Assembly (NCBI GenBank): GCA_051294375.1
Contig: CM119267.1
Location: 20,963,755 to 21,027,754 of the forward strand
Direction: 5' to 3'
DNA from: Paraspadella gotoi
Lineage: Eukaryota > Animalia > Chaetognatha
DNA: 64,000 nucleotides
Position numbers and translations under genes: made by a program. Shown here one piece after another: positions 37,966-52,273 of the stretch (positions are counted from its first letter, which is position 1; each line of letters opens with the position of its first letter). The notes under the pieces are model-generated. The model worked only from the letters and a program-made list of their open reading frames with translations, had not been told where the DNA came from and ran no database searches.

Positions 37966-39324
37966 ATTTGATAAAAGGTTTTCACGTCATGAGCATCGCG
38001 ACTTTTTGCTTTGACGAAGGAAAAAAAAAAGAAAAAGGAAAGAAAGAAAGGAAAAAGGAAAGAAGGAGAAGAAAAGGGAAAAAGACAATCAAAATATTCA
38101 AAGCGACTAGATGATTATTTCTATTTTTTCTTTCCTCTGGAAAAAAAAAAGGGAACATAAAAATAGAAGCGAAATAATCGCGAACCCTTTTTTGATTTTC
38201 TCNNNNNNNNNNNNNNNNNNNNNNNNNNNNNNNNNNNNNNNNNNNNNNNNNNNNNNNNNNNNNNNNNNNNNNNNNNNNNNNNNNNNNNNNNNNNNNNNNN
38301 NNNNNNNNNNNNNNNNNNNNNNNNNNNNNNNNNNNNNNNNNNNNNNNNNNNNNNNNNNNNNNNNNNNNTTTTCCCCAGGTTTGACATTGAAATTGATTTT
38401 CATGATCCGTAGCTTTTTCGATGGGAAGTTCTGAAGATGAGTCTCTGAGTCTAGAATCGAGTAGAAAGGAAAAAAAAGGAGAGAAGGACTATTTTCGAGT
38501 ATATATCGAGTGGGTGGGAGTCGGTGGTGGTTGGTTTTTTTTGGGGGAAAAGGTGGGATTGGGGAACGAGTTGTTAGGGTGGGATCTTTAGGGTTTCTTT
38601 TGGATTTCTTTTTTTTTTTTTCGTGCAAATGCATCTGAGAAAGATCGACCGCGCCCAGATTTGACGAATGAAGTCGATATTCTTTTGGTCTGTATATTTT
38701 TCCTCTCTTCTCTTTTTTTCCTGTCTTTGAGCTTGTCTGTCTTTCTGTCTGTCTGTCTTTTTTTATGTGTATCTATCTGTCAGTCTGTTTCTCTTCCTCC
38801 GAAATGTATTTTAAAGCCAGTTGATTAATACTCGGATTAACTCAACGAGACGACAGGAAAATAACAAAAAACACCGCATCGAATAACATTTTTCTTTTTT
38901 AGGTTTTATGACTCTTAGCCTGACTCAGCCGCCTGACTCAGCCTCCGCCGCCGCCGCCACCGCGCCGTCACCGCCGCCGCCGCCGCCTCATCCGCTTCCG
39001 TCGCTTCAATACCGGCCAGGATACCTACCAGGGAACTCGAGAAACGATGCCTTACCCGTGTCGTAATGGAAAGCAAGAAACTTACCTCTTTTATTACCTC
39101 GGGAACCAGAGAGAAAAGAGAGAGACGGACACCTCATTATCCACCTCTTGGAATTATCTCCCCTTCTCCCTTTTTTTTTTCTCTTCCTTCTAATTTTCTA
39201 TCCTCTTTGCGTTATGGTCTTATCCGGGTGCCGGGCGGGCTCCCCCTCCCCTCCCTCTTCTCCTGTCTCCTTCTCGTCACTCTTCGTTCGTTCTGCTCTT
39301 CTCCTTACTCTCTCTCTTCTCCTC

Positions 39325-42300
39325 GTCTCTCTCGTTGTTTTCCCGGAGTCGTTCTTTGAGAGAAACTGGAAGTTTTTCTTTCCGTGCTTGCGAATTTTAA
39401 TATAATAAACCATATAAACCCTTATAGTGAGGATGCGACTCTCGAGTGACGGATGAGATCGGACGACTGCATTCGTTTTTCTCGCTAACGCTACTGTACC
39501 GAATCTCCTCTCTTGACTCAACGACTACCATCCAACCTTGATGCAAACATAAGTCTACTGTTCTACACTATGCTCACTGCAATAAAGAGTCTCATTCTTC
39601 CAGATCCGCTTCTGATAGTCTACCCTTCACCTTTATTGTCTACTTGTTTTATATCTAAATTAATTAGAAAACGTTTTCCGCTCTTCAAGACATTTCTTCT
39701 CTTTCCGCAGTCATGAAACAATCTCCCCTTCTACATCTATACTACTCTTCCCTTCTCTTCTCCTGCTCTCAGTAATTTAAGATTCTCGGAATAAACACTC
39801 ATGTGCGGCGTTCGCTTATTTTTAGGCATGCATTTGCCATTGCCGCTGAATTGTATGCTCGCAAATGTTTGTATGTCCCGGATGATGGATTACGTGTATG
39901 TAAGTGTCATGCGTTTGTGATCCCCTGAATGACAATTACTTGAAAAAAAAATATCCTTTCGTTGATGATTAAGATTATACTTATAAAAAAATGAAAGAGA
40001 CGATGACGCCACGAAGATAACATAAGTGTTCACGTAATAAAAGACGAGGCATATTTTTTGCTCCGTATTTGATGCCAAAGACACCTGTAACCTAAAGAGC
40101 CAATGACTTATCTAAGAACTTGATTCGAAAGACGTCAAGAGCAATAATTAAGATCCCCGCTATATGTATTTCTTCGCGTATCTAATCTGCGATAATAAAT
40201 ATTTAATTAGTTTCCGAACCGATAAGGTATGTGAGAAAACGCCCACCGCGAAAGCCGCGTATATTCAGGAAAAGGTTTATGCTTTATTGAACAAAATAAA
40301 GATAACGAACCGCCCGGCCCGCCCGACAAAAAAAGAACGGCGAACAGGGCACCGAAATTGAGCTCTAAATTATAAATATCAAACCTCGGATACTGGTCGG
40401 TGTGCAGAATTGAACCATCGAGATCGTGAGGACTCAGCGACAAGCGGTGTGGACAGAACACCGGTCCCCAGCGCGCGGAGGCTGAGGGTTACGACGCGAG
40501 CGGGCAGCATATACAATCAGCAGGCTAAAGTTGCTAAACTAGCAGCTTTAAGCGGCTTAAAACAACAGCAGCGTGACAGAAAGCTTACCAGCAACCAGTG
40601 TCCCAATAAAAAGAAAAGAAAATAAAAATAAAAAACACCGGTGCGTTAACTATAAAGGTTAATATTCAACAACAAATATAAATTATCATTGTTGTTATCA
40701 TTAAACTCTCTCGTCGTGTTCTACGTTTTCGCAAACAATAACTAGCCAGAGTATTATAAAAACATTGACAACATCATGATCAACACCCCTCGTTTTTAAT
40801 TTATCAACGAGATAGAAGAGGAGACGAGGACGGAAGGAGAAGAGAAGAAACAGATGACAACATATATACACCAAACAACCAGGACAGCAGACATGACCAG
40901 CAGAGACCACGACCAGAAAGACAATGAAAGAAAATGACAGACCGAAAGAAGATAAGAGACACTAGACCATGACCGAGAGGAGAGAGATTCCAATTTGAAC
41001 AGTCGATATTGAGTCGTCTCGCTCGTGCTCTTGACTCTTAGTTACCCATGGTTGATAACGCCACGTGACGTCTTCGTCGTCGGGGATAAAAAAAGTAATA
41101 GTAGCATCGCTCCATTTCGCGTCCCGTCGCAATATCTGGAAGTTTGACTCTTCCCGCAGAGAAAGGTAGCCCACATCGCCTGTTCTCGTTCTATCAGTTT
41201 TTCGCCGTCTCTTTAGATTTCTCTTTCTACCGCATTCCGATCTCTGATCCCTAACTTACATACACAGCGGAAACCAACCCACCAGCGCGCCGACTGCCCC
41301 AAGTCGCTGAGATTTCCATGTCGAAAATGAGGCTTGGTGAGTCGTTTATGCTTTTTTGTGTATATGTAAGATGTAGTTATAACTTCAAGTCTATGTCTTT
41401 CATCCATTGTCCTCTATATATTTTAGTAAAGACCGTCGCCTTTCTCAGACTTCAGTATTCTTTTCGAGACTCAAAATTAAACATCATACAAACAGAATCA
41501 TACGGAAAAAGCGGGGGACGGGTGAAATACAGTGAAAAAATACGGCAAGGGTGTCCAAAAAAGCCTGGGAGAAAAATTCTGATATATATGAGTAAAATTT
41601 TATTTTGTGGTTTTAAAAAAAAAAGGGAGTTTTGTTGTGATGTTACAGAAGAAGATTTCGGAGAAGGGAGAAAAGAGAGAGAAAAAAGAAGAGAAGAAAA
41701 AAAAAGGAAAAAAAAAAGAAAAGGAGGAAGAGAAAAAAGTAAATGAATGAAGGAGATCCTGGCATTATTCATTTTGTAAGACATATAAAATTAATATCGA
41801 CATGCGTAGGATGAGAGATGAATGTCTTAAAAAGGGATCCAGCTTGAGATGAAAGGATAAATCTTGTCAAAAAGGACTATGAAGTAAATATGACATTAAT
41901 TACCCATTATTTTACAGTAAATAGTGTTTGCTGTCCTCTCAGGTCCTATATTTGCAATAAATTTTTCTCGCTTAATAATTAAATTTGGTTATGCATTCCA
42001 TTTGTACTTCATTGCCCAGCGCAGGGTCTAGAACTCAAATATAGAATCAAAGGTGAAAGCGGAAAATGAAAATCGGAATCAATATGACATCGTTTTCAGT
42101 GCCCCGGCGTAAAATTGGATCAATACCTTGTATTAGAAATTGGTCTTGGGTGTTGCCACTATTAATCTCCCTGAGTTGCTCTCTTTTCTGCTACTGGTGT
42201 TTACACTTTCTTTTCTTCTTTACGTCTCCACGTTTTTTATCTGGCCACTCTATGGTTTTCGGTTTTTTTTTTCCTTTTCGGCAAACAAGTGCAAAAAAAA

Positions 42301-42900
42301 AGTTCGACTCTCAGTATGGTGAAAATGGCGTTTTACGATTAGCCAAGACTTCCAATGTCTAAGGGGTATTTCTAAACCCTTTTATCAAATAATTCGAAAT
42401 ATATTTGCTCCTATTAATCGTACGTTTCGTGGTTTTTTTATGTCGGGAGTATATAGAGTTAGATAGAGATAGGATACTGCACCACCGGGTTCCTGCCACA
42501 GAGGCATGTCGAATCGTCCGTTCGTCGTCGTCGTCCGTGGCACTTTTTCGTCAGATTAGATTCTTCGATCCATTTAATGTTTTCACTAATTATGACATGT
42601 TTTATTAATTACCTTCTTCGTGAATCTCTTCAGTTCTTGTGTCGGTCGTCGTCGGCCGTTCGTCGTCATCATCATCTCATCATCTTCATCTTATATTCCG
42701 CGAAACGAAGGGTCTTTTCGTCTAACTTTCCAGGTTTGTGTCTCAACGAATATGACGCGTCTTGCGAGCACACACTCCCTAACACCGTACGAACCAATGT
42801 TTCACGTTCAGCGACTCATTCACATATGATATCTCGATATGATTCACCTGAAACTATAGTTTCCATCGGTACTTGGCGTACAAAGTAAAGAAATACGAAA
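39325..42900 (+). repeat. Insertion-expanded direct copy of 51348-53405
   Basis: Collinear anchors: CTCGTTGTTT..CCGAGTCGTT..GAGAGAAACTGGAAG (39331/51349), TATCTAATCTG.GATAATAAAT (40179/51843), CGCCACGTGACGTCTTCGTCGT (41059/52317), TAAAATTAATATCGACATGCGTA (41786/52678). The copy is about 3.6 kb versus about 2.1 kb, almost entirely through insertions. Confidence 0.9.
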
Positions 42901-43889
42901 AACCTACAGTTCAGTCATCCCAACTCTCTGTCTATATCGTGTCCAAAGTGACTACACTCTGTGCCCCTCTCTACGTCTCCCTCTTCCTATGTCNNNNNNN
43001 NNNNNNNNNNNNNNNNNNGATATCGAGAAAGGAATAGAGAGAGAAAAGGGAAAAGGGACACAGATATCTTGTCTTCGCCGTTCGTCGAAGCGATTACTCT
43101 CTTCTTTCTTTCGTAGGTGGTCGGTGGGAAAAGAGGGAGGGCGGTGGATGGTGGTGGGCAAAGGGTTGTGGGTTGTGGTTTTAGACGTGGGCTGCTTGTG
43201 ATTATTTCGATATATGAAATGATAGTTTTTACAGGAAACTATATAATCAATTTCTTATATTTCCTCCAAATTTCAAAAGACAAAACTAACATCCCTCCGA
43301 CCATATATACAAATATATTGAGTAAAACGGTAAATTAGATTAGATATTTATATATTTAACTTCTCATAATCTTTTTTTCTATTTAGTTTAATATGGTAAA
43401 AGTTGCAATCTTTTCTTTTTTCAAAAAGGTATAGGTTATTGGTATTTTCAAATTACTATCAAGGAAAAAAGTACATGACATAATTGTTGAAAAGTTCATC
43501 GATGTCACTTAGACACAAGTGAACCGATTGTGCAACCAAAGAGATCGAAGTCTTTATTTCTTTGGTTGCAGATGTTTATGTTGTTCCTTCTAGATTTGGT
43601 GGCAGCAATGAATCTTTCTGCAGCATCGAGATGTCGCTGATTTGATTGGACTTCGAATGTTGTTTTGGTCATAAAGAGTTTCTTCGTAATTAAGCGAGGG
43701 ACGCGTTTGTCGTCGTCGTTGTTAATTATTGTTGTCGTTGTTTTTCGACGATGACTGTTTGTTTGTTATCATCGTTAAGGTTTAAGATTTTATGTCGTCG
43801 AAGTCATCGTCGGAATTGTCGTAGTCGTTGTCGACGTCGGAGTCGGAGTCTTCCTCATCGTCGTTGTCGTCGTCGTTTTCGTTGTCACT

Positions 43890-43922
<33 letters not shown>

Positions 43923-44386
43923 NNNNNNNNNNNNNNNNNNNNNNNNNNNNNNNNNNNNNNNNNNNNNNNNNNNNNNNNNNNNNNNNNNNNNNNNNNNNNN
44001 NNNNNNNNNNNNNNNNNNNNNNNNNNNNNNNNNNNNNNNNNNNNNNNNNNNNNNNNNNNNNNNNNCGTCGTCGTCTTCGTCGTCGTCGTCGTCGTCATCG
44101 TCGTCTCATTAGTTGTGAATTATCGTCTCACCAAATGGACTTCCTCTTCATTTACTCTCTTCCCTCCTATTTTATTTGTTGCGTCTTCTCTTCTCACTTT
44201 TTTTCTGTTTTTCCTTTTTCATTTCCTTCTTAGTCATTAGTTAAAGTCAAGTTAATAATATTTATTTAAAAAAAAAGGTATCGCGTTCGATGCCGACCTC
44301 AGGTCATCATTCTTCATTTATTCATTTTTTCGCCTTTTTTATTTTTAGTTGTTTATTTATGGGGGGGAGGCGAAGAGAAGGTCGAA

Positions 44387-44463
<77 letters not shown>

Positions 44464-44739
44464 TTCTCTCTTCTCTTGCTTTTTTAATACTCGTCGCAAA
44501 TTGTATCAGAAACCAAAAAATATTTGTACCGATAGGATCGGCGACGTATCGCAAATCTCGGGTCGCATTTTTCCGGAGACCGGAAAATAAATTGAGAGAA
44601 GATTGCCGAACGAATTATGGGTCGAGCGAGTGAAGAATGTGAGAAGAAAAGGTGACATGACATGACATGATCTTGTAAGAGGGAAGGAGACCTAATAAGT
44701 TATAACCCTTCATAGCCTGACCAAAGTCATCGCCAAGAT

Positions 44740-45205
44740 TATTTATACTCAAGTTACAGAGCTTGCCGTCTCAGAAATTCTTGACGGATGCNNNNNNNNN
44801 NNNNNNNNNNNNNNNNNNNNNNNNNNNNNNNNNNNNNNNNNNNNNNNNNNNNNNNNNNNNNNNNNNNNNNNNNNNNNNNNNNNNNNNNNNNNNNNNNNNN
44901 NNNNNNNNNNNNNNNNNNNNNNNNNNNNNNNNNNNNNNNNNNNNNNNNNNNNNNNNNNNNNNNNNNNNNNNNNNNNNNNNNNNNNNNNNNNNNNNNNNNN
45001 NNNNNNNNNNNNNNNNNNNNNNNNNNNNNNNNNNNNNNNNNNNNNNNNNNNNNNNNNNNNNNNNNNNNNNNNNNNNNNNNNNNNNNNNNNNNNNNNNNNN
45101 NNNNNNNNNNNNNNNNNNNNNNNNNNNNNNNNNNNNNNNNNNNNNNNNNNNNNNNNNNNNNNNNNNNNNNNNNNNNNNNNNNNNNNNNNNNNNNNCCCTA
45201 CTGTA
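44740..45205. mobile_element. Isolated terminal inverted repeat of the same Tc1/mariner-type family as 56699-57980, split by an N gap
   Basis: GTTACAGAGCTTGCCGTCTCAGAAATTCTTGACGGATGC [gap 44792-45196] CCTACTG-TA matches the right TIR at 57937-57982. Confidence 0.8.
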
Positions 45206-45573
45206 GCTTATTGCTAGAATAATTATTTCTCGCATAAATGTTTTATATGAAAGAAATATCCCCAAAAATTCTTTTCCTCATTGCCCGGGAAACCTCTGTC
45301 AAAGAGTCTGCAGACTCCCTTATAAAATAAGACATCTTTCCCTCACCTTTGTGGTGGGGTGTCACTTAGATTCGAGACAGCGAAACTAACAAAAGAGCAA
45401 CCAAATTCAAGTCACCTTTTGGATCATGTGATCGCTTTTTAAGGTGATCACGTGACTAAATAAGTATGATATATATGGACATTGAAGGTCTTTTACCTTA
45501 CCTCTTACCTTACCCTCAGACCAAGTATTATCTAAATTGATGAAGTATCACCCGAGTGACGAGCATTTCTAAC

Positions 45574-45661
45574 GTAAGTAGGAAAGACCGACGGATAGAC
45601 AGACAGACATACAGACAGACCGACCGGCCCAAAAGTGAGTTATTTAGTCGCTCCGCGAGTA
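45574..45661 (+). mobile_element. Dispersed about 170-bp repeat family, 3' partial copy 3
   Basis: AAGTAGGAAAGACCGACGGA, a (GACA)n tract, then AAAAGTGAGTTATTTAGTCGCTCCGCGAGTA. Confidence 0.65.
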
Positions 45662-45812
45662 AGGTGGTGTGTAGGAAGTTGGAGAAAGACGCGGGAAAGT
45701 AAAAGTATGTTTGGTAAGGGAGAAAAGAATTGGAGAAAGGGAAAGAGAAAGGGCTGAGGTAAGGATGCAAAGGATAAAATAGATTGGAGGTAAGAGGCCT
45801 GAGTGAAAAGAG

Positions 45813-45937
<125 letters not shown>

Positions 45938-46581
45938 TAACATCACTTGACTGGGAACAAATAGAATCAGGAATCGAACAAGTACAACGACAACGACAAC
46001 AACGAGACACTCGGATTTCTTTCCGGAGGTGAACGATCGAAACTCAACATGTCGCTCAAATTAAGTTGGAATTCTTTTCCAACTCTTTCAAAAATTTTTT
46101 TTCCCCTTTTTTTGAGAATTTTTCTGTTTTTTTTTTGGTTGATTGTTTTTGTTCGTTCGTTCATTAGCTAATTCGTTCGTTCGTCTCATCGATCCATCGT
46201 TGGTTGGTTAATACGTTTGTTCGTTTGCAATTTAGTTTGTTTCTATATTTCTCAAGTTTATTAAGTTAAAGACCAGCCATGCTTTAACGAAATTTCAAAT
46301 TTCCCTCCCGCTCAAAGAGAACCTCTTCCCCAAAATCCCATCCCGTCACATCCCGTCGGTTCCCGTCCCGTCACATCCCGTTTTTCATTTCCATCAGAAC
46401 CTTATTGAAAAAAAGTTAAAAAACGAAATGAAAAGAAAGAAAGAAAAAAAAAAGAAAGAAATGTGGTCCGTTTATTATTCCCGGATCTGAAACTAGTTCC
46501 TCCTCTCGTTTATCGACTTTCGATTTATGGATCTCGATAGAATTTATTTCTTTTATTATTTCAGGACGTTCTCGCATTTCA

Positions 46582-46696
<115 letters not shown>

Positions 46697-46880
46697 ATTC
46701 CCTTGATCATTTGTGTGTTTTTCTACTTATTTTTTTTTCAACCACCAGAGGTCTCTCTCTCTGCCACGCCTCCCGATTTTTTTTTGGTCATTAAGTTCCA
46801 GATTGAGAGACCGAGGGCTGAAGCTGGATGACGTCCCTAGATTGACGCCCCACTCCCACGCTGGATAAAGAAAAACACAC

Positions 46881-46933
<53 letters not shown>

Positions 46934-47499
46934 GTGAAACAACCTATTAACTTAGGAGAGTTTGTGACATAAACATGTCGACATAATGAGTGATTATAGA
47001 AACGCCAGGAAACAATAAAAACAATGAGGATAAAGTCTTTATTAAAGATGAACAAAACGATTATGAGTTATGAAAAGCAAATTGTATATAAATCGGTAGA
47101 TAAATATATAGATAAAGAGATAGATAGATTGATAGATAGATATTGTTAAAGAGTTTGAGCCCTGACCTTTTATTTTTGGAAGGCTCAAAAATCTGAATTT
47201 GAAGTTTAATTGAATGACTCCAATAATTTTGTTTAAAGCCTCGAATTGGTTAAATTTTATACATTGAATTTGAATATCTGGTCTCTCATTGGTTATTAAT
47301 ATCTAGTAGATGTTTTGATTTGTATTCTTAAAATGTGAACTCTCCTCTCATTGGTTGTTATAATTTTGTTCTTGTATATAAGCACTGAGAAGTGCTCAAA
47401 CAAGGTTCTCATCTGAAACTGAGAAACCCCACCCCCCCCAAGGAATCTTCTTCAGATATATAAATTAGATAGATAAACAGATCGATAGAAAGATCGATA

Positions 47500-47655
47500 G
47501 ATACTATCTGGGCTTGGAACCAGGCTTGAGGGTTTGCCATGCCCTCAAGGCGGCTTACGGCCGTCCTCACGCTTCCCGCAGGGTAGGTACCGGGTTGGGA
47601 TTGAACCCGGTACCTAGTGGTCATGAGCTGATGGCTTTACTCAATGAGCCACCAA
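47500..47655 (-). mobile_element. tRNA-derived SINE (head plus short body)
   Basis: Minus strand reads GGTGGCTCATTGAGT (A box) ... GGGTTCAATCCC (B box) at tRNA-like spacing. A GC-rich body follows, ending CCTGGTTCCAAGCCCAGATA, then a (TATC)n tail. Confidence 0.6.
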
Positions 47656-48324
47656 GTCACAACTGAAAGTGTCATGATTCTAGGCGGGTTGAACCTAGGC
47701 AATGCCCGACTACATATCTATTAGATAGTTACATAGATAAAAACAGAAAAAAAAGAGAAAAAAAAAGAGGGATAGACAGACAGCGACACAGACAAGAGGC
47801 AGAGCCATCCCGCGACAAAAAAAGTAAAAAGATTCGCCGGCGGAAATAAATCAAATAGAGACTCGATTCGCGCCGTTGCGTTTTGGACTCGGACAGTGGC
47901 GGAGGTGGCGGAGAGTGGCGGAAGTGGCGGAAGTGGCGGTGGCTAGAGTGGCAAGAGCCACGGCGGAAGCGTCGACGGGAATGGTGAGAGTGACAACGTG
48001 GCCAAGAGCGGGCAAAACTGGAATATTAGAAGTGGCGGTGATTACAAAGAACGGTCTGTCTGCTATCTTTCTTGTTTGTCATTCTGTCTGTCCTCGTGTC
48101 TGTCAGTTTTTCTGTCTGTCTGCCCGTCCGTCGGTTCCTCCGTCTATCCTTTGGTCTATTCTTGTCGTCGTCAATTTCAATCTCTGAATCTGTTCCTACA
48201 AAAAACAAGATCGGTTCATCCAATGTGTTGCACGTTATTATTTTCACGTGTATTTTCCTTTGATCACATGATATGACATTATACGACATGACTAAAAAGC
48301 TTTTTATGCACTGCATCAAAATTC

Positions 48325-48485
48325 CGTCTTTTATTCCTTGTAGTTTTAGGATTTCCTGAAGGCGGCGCTAGCAGTCACTTAGAATTGAGATTTTTTTCTG
48401 TCTCAACAAATGAACAAACAACTATAGGTGATTTATATGTATTTTAGAAGTGGGACAGACCGACGGACAAATTGAAAGCGACTAT
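48325..48485 (+). mobile_element. Dispersed about 170-bp repeat family, copy 4
   Basis: TTTTATTCCTT..AGTTTTAGGATTTCCTGAAGGCGGCGCTAGCAGTCACTTAGA...AAGTGGGACAGACCGACGGACA. Confidence 0.8.
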
Positions 48486-50461
48486 TATGCGTTTCGTCGA
48501 TGACCTTTAGGTATAGTCGGTGAAACAAGGGATTTTTGGTGAAATAAATCGGCTGTATTTTCACTGTTTGATCAAAAGAGAGGATATAAAGGGAATGAAA
48601 TATTCCAGGGTGGGAGATTTGTTGCCTTCAAGACAATTCTCGCTTGTTGCTTTTATTGCTGATCTCAGCCTCTTTACTGAGTTTTTCATCAAATGGCCCC
48701 CGTGGAACCTGGTATAACCGGACTTCCGGTGGGTCAGTGCAATCGGCCCCGCTTGTATAAAGGTTGGCCGGTCTGCCGGGGNNNNNNNNNNNNNNNNNNN
48801 NNNNNNTGGTGGGCGGTAAGGTAGCCGATTGGCCATTAGGGCGATGGTCGTCGGATATTGTTTAGGCTCGCAACATTTTTTTTTGGCTATTTCTTATTTT
48901 TATTTCTACTGATCAATTATTGCTTGTTTGTCGTTTTTCATTCGCTTATTGTGTGAAGTCAAAGAAGAAACCAAGTAAAGAAAAAGTAAAAAGGAGAGCG
49001 TTAGAGTAGGTCGGAGGAACATTATTTGATCTTGATATCAGTGAAACAAGTTTCTTTCATTTTCATAAATTCTGTTCATATTATTCTTTTTCATCTTTAG
49101 TCTCTTTCAGACTTACTAGTATTCTGTCCGGAATGGAGGTAACGAAGGATGCCTACGTGTCGGAGGCAGATCAGAGACCCCCTTGCACTGCAGCTACAAA
49201 AGTGCATCAGGGAAGCAATGGAATGCATTTTTAATTATAGGAGTGATAGTTCTTTGAGTCTTGTATTTATATAATTTATGTACATACGTAACAGGAGAGA
49301 AAAGGAGAGAGTCAAAAGTATAAATTCCAGAGGGACGTTCAAAAAGAGTATGAGAATAAAACATAAGAAAAACAACGAAATGAAGAGAGAAGTATATGCA
49401 CTGCGCTGATAACAAGTTGTGGATATCGCGTAAGTCACGAATAGAGTATATCGCAGCCCTGGCTAGATTATGATGTGTAAGATATAGGACAGAATCCGCG
49501 TTCATTTGCGACAGAAATGGAAGTCTCCCCCTCTGTGCGCTCAATTATCCGAGCGGTCCTATCTACACGCTAGTCGCTACGGAACTACTGTCTGCCAACA
49601 CTACAGTCAGGCCATTTACGCGTCTTTTTAAAGTTAATTTCTTTTGGGTCAGTCGGTCGGTCTTGTTGCCCGATAAAATGTTAATTTAATAAATTTGGTA
49701 AACTTAATTAATGATTATTGACTTAAAAGAAATTATCTTTAAATAAATATCCTTAAAAAAAAACTATGTCTATGATTCGTATTCTTATAGTTATTTATTC
49801 TAATTAGTTCCATCTTCCAATGACTTTGTCTGTACTCCGGCAGTGCATACATATGTCACCGCTTTGTCTGCCTTGTATTTAAAAAGAGCAACGGTTTATG
49901 GATGAATAAGAATTGTAATACTCTCGAGGAAAAGAACTAAACAATCTTGTGTATACGTAATTTAAACGTCAGGTTAATTCTCTGTAAATTAAAGTATATA
50001 TAAGATTTTTATGATACATATTTTACAGCCTATCTTAATTTTCTTCATAACACGCAGATGTTAAAACCGTCGCGTCTTGAAGTAAAAATAAGTAACTCGC
50101 ATGGTTAACTGTTTGCAAGTTATTGTGTAAATTTTTTCTTTCCTAGTGTTTGTGACTTGGAGAAAGTTTGATTTTTTATTATTAATGGACATGTTTGGAC
50201 TTTGGTACAAGTCTTCATCAGCACTTGTGAATTAACAATTTTTTCACCCTATGAAAAATGAGTGAGAGAAAAGAAGAAGAAAGAAGAAGTCAAAAACCTC
50301 CTTGACAGTCCGAGAAAAAGAGAGAGACAGAGACGGAGAGAGACAGAGTCAGACTCATTAAAACCACCGCTCATCTCTTCTCCGCGCGAAAAGAAGAAAA
50401 GCGAAGGGCGACGTCAGAAAAGAAAGAGAAGACGAATTCCATTTTTTGCCGATTGTTTCGT

Positions 50462-50938
50462 GACGCCATCTTCGTCTTCGGCGCCATCTTGGTTTCTCGA
50501 CGCCATCTTGGATGGAAAAGAATGCACATAATCTTGGGCGTCCCTTATTGCTTTGTTGTTCTTGTTGCTGTTGTTGTCGTTGTCGATTTTGTCGCTTTAC
50601 CCTGGTACTTTTGAACGTTTTTTTTTTGCGGTACGTTTTTCTGTTTTATTACTTATTTATGAATACCAATATAAAAATTATCAATTGTTTCAATTCATAA
50701 ACTATGTTGCCCTTACAAGCTATTAACAATAGGACCATGCAAGCTTTATTTTATTATCTCCTAATTATACCGATGTAAAATGAAGAATGGTATATTGTTT
50801 GCTGCAGTTATTGATGCAGCTGATTTTAGATTTTCACTTCGTCAGCATTTTTATTTCCACAGTTGATGATATTTTCATTGTCATGGCGACTAACTATTAA
50901 GTTGTTGTCGTTGTGGTTTGAATCCAAAATGGCGGCCT
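50462..50938. promoter_or_regulatory. Cluster of YY1/PHO-type motifs
   Basis: Three CGCCATCTT within 50 bp (50464-50510) and a consensus CAAAATGGCGGCC at about 50925. Function is inferred only. Confidence 0.3.
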
Positions 50939-51031
50939 CCTACTTTTCTACCGCTTCGTTTTCGTTGTAAAACTTTTATCGACTTTTCTCTTTACCTCGA
51001 AATTCCCGGTCCGAAACTTACCTCTCGCTTT

Positions 51032-51120
<89 letters not shown>

Positions 51121-51282
51121 AGTTTTACGAGACTCACACAAAACCTGTTTTTCGGTCCCCTTCCTGTCTCTCTTCCTTCAATTTCACTCACCCTCTCATT
51201 TCTCGAGCCTCACCCTCGCTTCCCTTTCTCATCACGTGATCTAATCTCCGAAAAACTCGTAAACTCATGAATATGACGCGCC

Positions 51283-51354
<72 letters not shown>

Positions 51355-51589
51355 GTTTCCCGAGTCGTTGAGAGAAACTGGAAGTTTTCCGGCGAATAAA
51401 CCCATAAACCTTAAGGAGGATTGCGACTCGAGAGAGAGACGACGACGACGACGACGACGACGACGATAACGACAACCATGATGTAAACAAAGAAGATAAG
51501 AAGATCAGATATGATATCTACCAGTACCTTAGTTACTGTGATACTAATTTTGAGTTCGGAGTCATGAAAACAATAACAAGAGAAAAAAG

Positions 51590-51615
51590 TGATGATGATG
51601 ATGATGATGATGAAA

Positions 51616-51647
<32 letters not shown>

Positions 51648-51665
51648 GATGATGATGATGATGAC
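51590..51665. repeat. (GAT)n microsatellite
   Basis: Directly visible. Confidence 0.95.
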
Positions 51666-52217
51666 AATTATGAGAAAGAAATATCCTGTTGATGATAAAA
51701 TACAAAGATGAAGACGATGACGACGAAGATAAACGACGATAAAGACGACAGATTTTCTGTTTGATGCAAACCTAAGAAATGCTATTAAGAACGATTCGAA
51801 GACGAAAGAGAATAATTAAATCGGCTTATTATTCTTCGCGGTTATCTAATCTGGATAATAAATTAATTATGGAACGAAGATTAAGACGAGCGATTATCAA
51901 AGGTTTAATTTATTGACAAAATAAAGATACGAAGCGACAAAAAAACCAAAACAGGAAGAAATAATAAATCATCCAAACTCGGATACTGGTCGTCAATGAA
52001 ACATGAGTCGGAGCAGCAATTGAACACCGTCAGCGGTAACAGCAGCGGCAGCAATAAACAGCAGTAACAGCGTTGGAACAACAGCAGCAAGAGCAGCACC
52101 AGTAATAAAAAGAAAAAAAACACCGGTAACTATAAAATCAACAACAAATAAATTATCATTTGTATCAAGAGCAACAACAGCAGGAATAACAACCTGAACT
52201 AAATCAACACCTGTATA

Positions 52218-52273
<56 letters not shown>

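Noticed and set aside
47895-47965. 9-bp GTGGCGGA(A/G) repeat as a coding VAE repeat
   Set aside because: No exon boundaries; best treated as a small minisatellite.
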